A stretch of 32,000 nt of DNA, taken from the NCBI GenBank assembly GCA_902598275.1, contig CACKAZ010000009.1, positions 14,481-46,480 on the forward strand, given 5' to 3'. The notes beneath the pieces were generated by a model. That model was not told where the DNA came from. It did no database searches and worked only from the letters and a program-made list of their open reading frames with translations. The DNA comes from an uncultured Alphaproteobacteria bacterium (GTDB taxonomy: Bacteria; Pseudomonadota; Alphaproteobacteria; HIMB59). Position 1 is the stretch's first letter. Every line of letters starts with the position of its first letter. Positions 28,641-32,000 of the stretch are shown here, in pieces. The translations under genes and the position numbers were made by a program.

Positions 28641-29596
28641 AAAAAAAATTACTTATTACAGGAAAATCTGGAGTAACTGGTGCTGCTTTTGAAGCTTTGG
28701 AGAAAGAGATTTCACTTAATTATGAAATATACTTTTCACAAAGTAATAGATGTGATTTGACAAATTTATCTGAAAGCATGAATTTTATTGGAAAAATAAA
28801 ACCTGATTTTATTATCAACTTAGCAGCTAAAAGTGGAGGCATTGGTATGAGTGCCTCTTCCCAGGCTACTCTTTTAAGAGATAATACTTTAATTAATTTA
28901 AATATTTTAGAGATTTCAAGACAGTTAAATGTAAAAAAACTTTTACTCGTTTTAAGTTCGGGTATATATCCAGAAAATGCAGATATGCCTTTTAGAGAGA
29001 GTAGTTTACATAATGGTGAGCCTCACATATCCGCATTTGGATACTCTTTTGCAAAAAGATTAATTGAACCTGCTATAAGAGCCTACAGAGAGGAATTTGG
29101 ATTGGACGTTATTGGCGCCATTCCAAATGGGATTTTTGGAAGTAACGACAATTTTAGCGATGATGCACCAATGTTACCCTCAATAATTAGAAGATTTTAT
29201 TCTCACAAAGACTTAGATGATAAAATCGAGGTATGGGGTGATGGCTCACCTTTAAGAGAGTACACTTATTCAATTGATGTTGCTAAAAGTTTTTTATGGA
29301 TGTTAGAAAATTATAGTAGCGAAGTTGTTTTGAATACTGGGTCAACTGAAGAAAATTCGATTAAAGATATAGCATTTATGGTTGCTGATAATTTATTAAT
29401 TGATAGAAAAAGAATTTATTTTAATACAGATAAACCATCTGGTATTTTTAAAAAGTCTACTGATAATAGTCTTTTTTTGAACAAATCTGCTTTTATTTAT
29501 ACCCCCTTTAAAGAAGGGTTAAAGAAAACAATAGAGTGGTTTGATCAAACATATAAATCAGATAGAAGTAAATTAAAACTTAGTAATAAAGTTTAG
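28637..29596 (+). CDS. GDP-L-fucose synthase (Fcl/WcaG)-like NDP-4-keto-sugar epimerase/reductase
   Basis: 319-aa ORF. LLITGKSGVTG, NLAAKSGGIGMSASSQATLLRDNTLINLNILE and YSFAKR parallel Fcl blocks (AAKVGGI.AN...PA.F...N..I..N). The substrate cannot be assigned from sequence. Confidence 0.65.
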   Translation: MKKKLLITGKSGVTGAAFEALEKEISLNYEIYFSQSNRCDLTNLSESMNFIGKIKPDFIINLAAKSGGIGMSASSQATLLRDNTLINLNILEISRQLNVKKLLLVLSSGIYPENADMPFRESSLHNGEPHISAFGYSFAKRLIEPAIRAYREEFGLDVIGAIPNGIFGSNDNFSDDAPMLPSIIRRFYSHKDLDDKIEVWGDGSPLREYTYSIDVAKSFLWMLENYSSEVVLNTGSTEENSIKDIAFMVADNLLIDRKRIYFNTDKPSGIFKKSTDNSLFLNKSAFIYTPFKEGLKKTIEWFDQTYKSDRSKLKLSNKV

Positions 29597-30546
29597 TGAG
29601 ATACAATAAACTTCTACGATCAGATTTGCAAATTAGTGAAATAGGCTTTGGTTGTTGGGGCCTAGGTTCTGACTCTTACGGTATCATAACTGAGAGTCAG
29701 TCACTAGATATTTTAACCTTTGCATCAGATATTGGTTTTAATTTTTTTGATACATCTAGCCTTTATGGAAATAGAATTTCTGAAAAAAGACTTGGTAAAT
29801 TCTTAAAAAGAAATCAAAATAAAATTGTTATATCGACAAAAGCAGGGCTTTTACCTCATAAACCATTTCAAATTAAAAGAAATTTTAAAAAAAAATTTAT
29901 TGAACAAAGTATCGAAAAAAGTCTTCGTTATTTGAATAAAAACATTGATATTTTTTTTCTTCATTCTCCATTACCAAGGGATATCTTAGAAAATGATGAA
30001 CTTTTAAGTTTTTTATCAAATAAAAAAAAAGAAGGTGATATTAATTTAATTGGTTTATCAGCTGACTCACCTTACGATATCCATAAGATACTTAAACACA
30101 TAGATTTTGATATTGTTCAAACAAATTTTAATTTAATGGATCAAAGATTAATTGAATTAGATTTAATCAATTATCTTAATTCAAGAAAAATAAATATTAT
30201 TGCTAGAACACCTCTTGCATTTGGTTTTTTAAGTGGCGAAGTAAATATTAAAGTAATTATGAAACAACAAGACCACAGGAAGCATTGGTCTAAAAAACAA
30301 CTAAATATTTGGGCCAATGGTTTTAAAAAATTTAATAAAATAAGAAATAAATATTCTCAAAACCCATCACAATTTGCTTTAAATTTTTGTAGGTCTTTTA
30401 GTCAAATTCAAACAGTAATTCCTGGTATGATGAATAGAAATAATATTATTGAAAACTTTATTTGTTCCCAAACAAGTCAAATCAATGAGGAAGATCTTAA
30501 AAAAGTTTTTAATATATATAAAAAAAATATTTTTTTTCTTAAATAA
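29596..30546 (+). CDS. aldo/keto reductase
   Basis: 316-aa ORF whose GTG start overlaps the upstream TAG. IGFGCWGLG, FFDTSSLYG and FFLHSP are AKR-family blocks. Confidence 0.75.
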   Translation: MRYNKLLRSDLQISEIGFGCWGLGSDSYGIITESQSLDILTFASDIGFNFFDTSSLYGNRISEKRLGKFLKRNQNKIVISTKAGLLPHKPFQIKRNFKKKFIEQSIEKSLRYLNKNIDIFFLHSPLPRDILENDELLSFLSNKKKEGDINLIGLSADSPYDIHKILKHIDFDIVQTNFNLMDQRLIELDLINYLNSRKINIIARTPLAFGFLSGEVNIKVIMKQQDHRKHWSKKQLNIWANGFKKFNKIRNKYSQNPSQFALNFCRSFSQIQTVIPGMMNRNNIIENFICSQTSQINEEDLKKVFNIYKKNIFFLK

Positions 30547-30547
30547 T

Positions 30548-31336
30548 ATGAATTTAAAGTATTCATTTATAATTCCTACTTTTAATAGTGATAGATATCT
30601 TATTGATTGTTTAGACTCTTTACAAAATCAGTCATATAAAAATATAGAAGTTATAATTGTTGATAAATCATCTAAAGACAGGACGCTTGAAATTATCAAT
30701 TCCTATAACAATTTAAATATAAAAATATTTGATCAAATAGATCATAATCCTGAAAATGCTGTTGCTTTAGGTTTTAAAAAGTCCAGTGGTGATTTTATTC
30801 AATTTCTAGGATCAGACGATTTTTTGTTTGATAAGGATACTTTAAATAAGTTAAATAAAAAAATTACTATTGAAGATATGCTTGTATGTTGTAATTATTG
30901 TAAAATAAATGAAAAAGGCAAAATCATTGAAAAAATAATTACTAATTTTAATTACAAAAAATTATTAAATTTTGGTAACGATATTTGTGCCACATCTTTT
31001 CTTTTAAATAGAAAACTTTTTGATATACATGGCTTTGACGGGCTAGAGGGTTTTGATTTACATTTAATGCTACGTTTTGGAAATAATTATTTAGTAAAAA
31101 AAGTAAATATTTATTATTCTTGTTTTAGAATACACGATCAAAGTCACTCTGGTAATTTTAAAAAAAATCTAAGAAATATTCGTTTAGATTATAAAATTTC
31201 TATGAGTCATGATGGATTCAAATATAACAAATATGCCCAGAGATTATTAATAATAAATGTATTGAGTAAATTTAATCTGTTATGGATCGCAAATGTGAAA
31301 AGATTTATAAATTGGAAATTAAAAAGGATAATCTAA
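30548..31336 (+). CDS. GT2 family glycosyltransferase
   Basis: From ATG 30548 the product starts MNLKYSFIIPTFNSDRYLIDCLDSLQNQSY..IEVIIVDKSSKD, and FLGSDD supplies the DxD-like motif. The track start at 30449 adds 33 aa overlapping the AKR gene and is unlikely. Confidence 0.8.
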   Translation: MNLKYSFIIPTFNSDRYLIDCLDSLQNQSYKNIEVIIVDKSSKDRTLEIINSYNNLNIKIFDQIDHNPENAVALGFKKSSGDFIQFLGSDDFLFDKDTLNKLNKKITIEDMLVCCNYCKINEKGKIIEKIITNFNYKKLLNFGNDICATSFLLNRKLFDIHGFDGLEGFDLHLMLRFGNNYLVKKVNIYYSCFRIHDQSHSGNFKKNLRNIRLDYKISMSHDGFKYNKYAQRLLIINVLSKFNLLWIANVKRFINWKLKRII

Positions 31337-31906
31337 CTATAATATTTTTGGATTTCCGTATTTTATTCTTATCTTTTGTGATATCAAATGAAATATAATG
31401 CTATGACAATCTTCTGAAATACCATAATTATTTGTTTTAATATTAATATTTATATCTGATTTTTTTTTTACAATCCCTCCGTCAAATCCAGTAAAAGATA
31501 GAACTTTTAAACCTTTTTCTTTTGCTACTTTAATCGCATTTAAAACATTCTTTGATTTTCCAGATGTACTTATTACTATTAATAAATCATTCTTATTAGA
31601 GTTTATATTAAGTTGGTAGCTAAAAATTTTATCATAACTTATGTCATTCGAAATTGCAGAAATTAATTCAATATTATTTGATAGAGAATTTAATTTAATT
31701 TTTATTTTAGTATCCTCATAAACACATTTAATCAAATCACATAAAGCATGGTTAGCAATTGAGAATGATCCCCCATTACCACAAATAAATATTTTATTTT
31801 TTTTTGAAGTTTTAACTATCAAATTAGTAATAAGATTGATTTTGTCATCTGTAATTCTGCTTATTTCTTTAAAAATTTCAGATATATAATAATCTTTAAA
31901 TTCCAT
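31337..31906 (-). CDS. gmhA: SIS-domain phosphoheptose isomerase
   Basis: KIFICGNGGSFSIANH and LLIVISTSGKSKNVLNAIKVAKEKGLKVLSFTGFDGG parallel E. coli GmhA ([47 protein letters not shown]). ATG 31906 is preferred over TTG 31915. The stop abuts the convergent GT2 stop with 0 nt between. Confidence 0.78.
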   Translation of the reverse strand: MEFKDYYISEIFKEISRITDDKINLITNLIVKTSKKNKIFICGNGGSFSIANHALCDLIKCVYEDTKIKIKLNSLSNNIELISAISNDISYDKIFSYQLNINSNKNDLLIVISTSGKSKNVLNAIKVAKEKGLKVLSFTGFDGGIVKKKSDININIKTNNYGISEDCHSIIFHLISQKIRIKYGNPKIL

Positions 31907-32000
31907 TATTTGCAAATATAAATTTCTTTATAATATTAACAATATATTTTATTTCATTTTTTTTAATAAAAGGATTTATTGGTAAGCAAACAACTCTATC
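31896..32000 (-). CDS. C-terminal 34 codons of a gene entering from the right edge; DegT/DnrJ/EryC1-type aminotransferase-like tail
   Basis: My reverse-complement translation from 32000 reads DRVVCLPINPFIKKNEIKYIVNIIKKFIFANNGI*. This resembles the C-terminal ..LSLPlhP.Lt.eei.yVi..ik.f block of sugar aminotransferases. It overlaps the gmhA start by 11 nt. Confidence 0.4.
   Translation of the reverse strand, partial: DRVVCLPINPFIKKNEIKYIVNIIKKFIFANNGI

Noticed and set aside
30449-30547. A 33-aa N-terminal extension of the second GT2 ORF, overlapping the aldo/keto reductase gene.
   Set aside because: GT2 enzymes start just before the hydrophobic xxIIPTFN strand. ATG 30548 sits 1 nt after the AKR stop and gives MNLKYSFIIPTFN.

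Overview
This is extremely AT-rich, very tightly packed bacterial DNA. The 16S and 23S genes are alphaproteobacterial. Overlapping start/stop codons, almost no intergenic DNA and Lys/Asn/Ile-rich proteins point to a streamlined marine Pelagibacterales (SAR11)-like genome; I cannot place the clade more precisely by eye.

Layout:
1. Housekeeping genes: purB' (truncated at the window edge), map and sfsA on the minus strand, a divergent CinA-like gene, then tRNA-Met(CAU).
2. An ~8.5 kb phosphonate module. A minus-strand operon encodes a small membrane peptide, an MpnS/HEPD-family bicupin oxygenase, a cytidylyltransferase::PEP-mutase fusion, phosphonopyruvate decarboxylase and an Fe-alcohol dehydrogenase. 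It converges on a plus-strand operon encoding a LicC-like nucleotidyltransferase, a membrane alkaline-phosphatase-superfamily transferase and a TagF-like phosphotransferase.
3. Initiator tRNA-fMet, a 603-aa Wzy-like polytopic membrane protein and a sulfotransferase-like protein.
4. A complete rrn operon (16S, tRNA-Ile, tRNA-Ala, 23S, 5S) with a promoter candidate, boxA-like elements and processing stems.
5. About 13 kb of surface-glycan genes:
   - a TylF-like methyltransferase;
   - a GtrB/ArnC-like GT2 plus an ArnT/PMT-like GT-C, co-operonic with rfbF/rfbG (CDP-glucose pathway);
   - a heptose set (GmhA, HddA-like kinase, RmlC-like epimerase, Fcl-like reductase, SDR);
   - a split transketolase, an aldo/keto reductase, a second GT2 and a truncated DegT-like aminotransferase.

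I saw no CRISPR array, transposase, integrase or recognisable defence gene.

The most interesting content is the phosphonate module. Its oxygenase carries the residue pattern I associate with methylphosphonate synthase rather than HEPD, and it sits next to a dedicated activation/transfer gene set. The whole module lies in a glycan island that surrounds the rRNA operon.

All functional calls come from reading motifs by eye. No database search was run.
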